A DNA stretch of 62,488 nucleotides from Candidatus Omnitrophota bacterium (GTDB taxonomy: Bacteria > Omnitrophota > Omnitrophia > Omnitrophales > Aquincolibacteriaceae): positions 1-62,488 of the forward strand of contig JAFGHI010000005.1 in the NCBI GenBank assembly GCA_016930235.1, in the 5' to 3' direction. Every line of letters begins with the position of its first letter. Within the stretch, counting starts at the first letter, position 1. This document shows positions 61,436 to 62,488 of the stretch, piece after piece. The notes beneath the pieces are model-generated. The model did not search any database, had not been told where the DNA came from, and saw only the letters and a program-made list of their open reading frames with translations. A program made the translations under genes and the position numbers.

Positions 61436-62488
61436 GCATCGATTTTACAATCCTTGCGGATGTAATGCCCCCCGACCCTCCATGTTCCACAAAAACCACG
61501 AAAGCAATCTCCGGTTTGTCGTAAGGGAAAAAACCGGTCATCCAGCTGTGCGCCTTTTTGGGAGGGGCTTGTGCCGTCCCTGTTTTTCCAGCAAGCTTAT
61601 CAAAATCCACTCTCGCTAGCTGTCCGGTTCCATATTGGGACTGCACCACCTCCAACATTGCTCGGCGAATTACCTCTAAATTTTCAGGCTTAATCGCCAC
61701 CCGTTTCGGATCTACCGATTTTTCATCGTCCAAGATTAATCGTGGGTCGACCTTGAGCCCCCCTTTGGCAATAATCGAAACCAACCTTAGAATTTGGACA
61801 GGCGAGGTCAATACATAGCTTTGTCCGATGGCAAAACTTAATGTTTCCCCCTGATACCATTTTTCATGATAACGTTCTTTCTTCCAGGCGATATCAGGAA
61901 TAAGCCCAGGGGAAATATTCGAAACTTCTAATCTCATTTCCTCTCCTAAACCCAGCATCCTCGCATAACGGGCAATTTCATCCGGCGAAAGGCGTGCCCC
62001 AAGATTATAAAAATACACGTTGCAGGAGCGTTCGATGGCCTCATAAAGGTTAATACTCCCATGCCCTGATTCGTTCCAACAATGGAATTTCCTTCCGCCT
62101 TTTTTAAGTTGAAACCAACCCGGACAATAGAAGCGCGTAAAAGGAGTTATTTTGCCTGTTTCCAAGGCCGCCAATGCTGTTACAAGCTTAAAAACGGACC
62201 CGGGAGGATACGCCGAACTGACTCCCCGGTCCAGCATGGGGTATGTTTTATCATAAAGCAAACTCAAACGTTCTTTATCCTGCCCCGGTGCGACAAAGAC
62301 GTTAGGGTCATAAGATGGAGAGCTAGCCAAAGCCAGCAACCCCTCTGTTTCAAGATCCAAAACAGCCACTGCGGCCCTCTGGCCTTTGATCAACTCCGCA
62401 ATCTTGGATTGGAATTCCAGATCGAGGGTCGTGGTGAGATCTTCACCGGGTTCGGGTACCTTCTCCTGTATCACGCGAATAAGCTGTC
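61398..62488 (-). CDS. mrdA: Penicillin-binding protein 2 (transpeptidase domain); the N-terminus runs off the right window edge
   Basis: SVFK (SxxK), SCN (SxN) and KTGTA (KTG) motifs. The reading frame stays open to the window edge. Confidence 0.9.
   Translation of the reverse strand, partial: QLIRVIQEKVPEPGEDLTTTLDLEFQSKIAELIKGQRAAVAVLDLETEGLLALASSPSYDPNVFVAPGQDKERLSLLYDKTYPMLDRGVSSAYPPGSVFKLVTALAALETGKITPFTRFYCPGWFQLKKGGRKFHCWNESGHGSINLYEAIERSCNVYFYNLGARLSPDEIARYARMLGLGEEMRLEVSNISPGLIPDIAWKKERYHEKWYQGETLSFAIGQSYVLTSPVQILRLVSIIAKGGLKVDPRLILDDEKSVDPKRVAIKPENLEVIRRAMLEVVQSQYGTGQLARVDFDKLAGKTGTAQAPPKKAHSWMTGFFPYDKPEIAFVVFVEHGGSGGITSARIVKSMLEIWSEHAAQFA

Overview
This 62.5-kb window looks like a chromosomal segment of an uncultivated diderm, rod-shaped bacterium. 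I cannot assign a taxon from sequence alone. It is gene-dense, mostly on the minus strand. I saw no rRNA, CRISPR array, transposase, integrase or recognisable defence cassette.

Gene content from left to right:
- 1-3469: a fused EtfB-EtfA flavoprotein, open at the left edge and absent from the ORF track, followed by ETF:quinone oxidoreductase.
- 3620-6980: a PilZ protein, then exbB-exbD-tonB with a secreted unknown and a BamE-like lipoprotein.
- 7202-9436: mlaEFD.
- 9530-9843: an orphan Cro/YdaS-like HTH gene next to a perfect 32-bp inverted repeat.
- 9854-20665: a 10-kb 2-oxoacid oxidation block (CBS proteins, korAB, KTSC, lpdA-aceF-aceE) and a divergent lipoate ligase gene.
- 21197-28454: a 10-gene Mrp-type antiporter operon with three MrpD-like subunits.
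- 28587-53665: an envelope-glycan supercluster of about 25 kb.
- 53850-62488: TPR, SRAP, DsbD-like, VanZ and DUF5329-like genes, an EF-hand/dockerin repeat protein, an unlisted tatA, a frameshifted GIY-YIG gene, tRNA-Pro(TGG), rodA, and mrdA open at the right edge.

The glycan supercluster is my best candidate for an undescribed system. It is built from duplicated modules:
- two PMT-like GT-C enzymes;
- two hexapeptide acyltransferases;
- two cobalamin radical-SAM enzymes;
- two DegT aminotransferases, one of them fused to a methyltransferase;
- a tandem pair of flippase-like membrane proteins.

The cluster also holds a split Alg14/Alg13 pair, a FemAB-fold acyltransferase and a polyprenol-phosphate-sugar synthase. 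I saw no recognisable Wzx, Wzz or initiating phosphoglycosyl transferase.

All functional calls come from motif recognition by eye, not from database searches.
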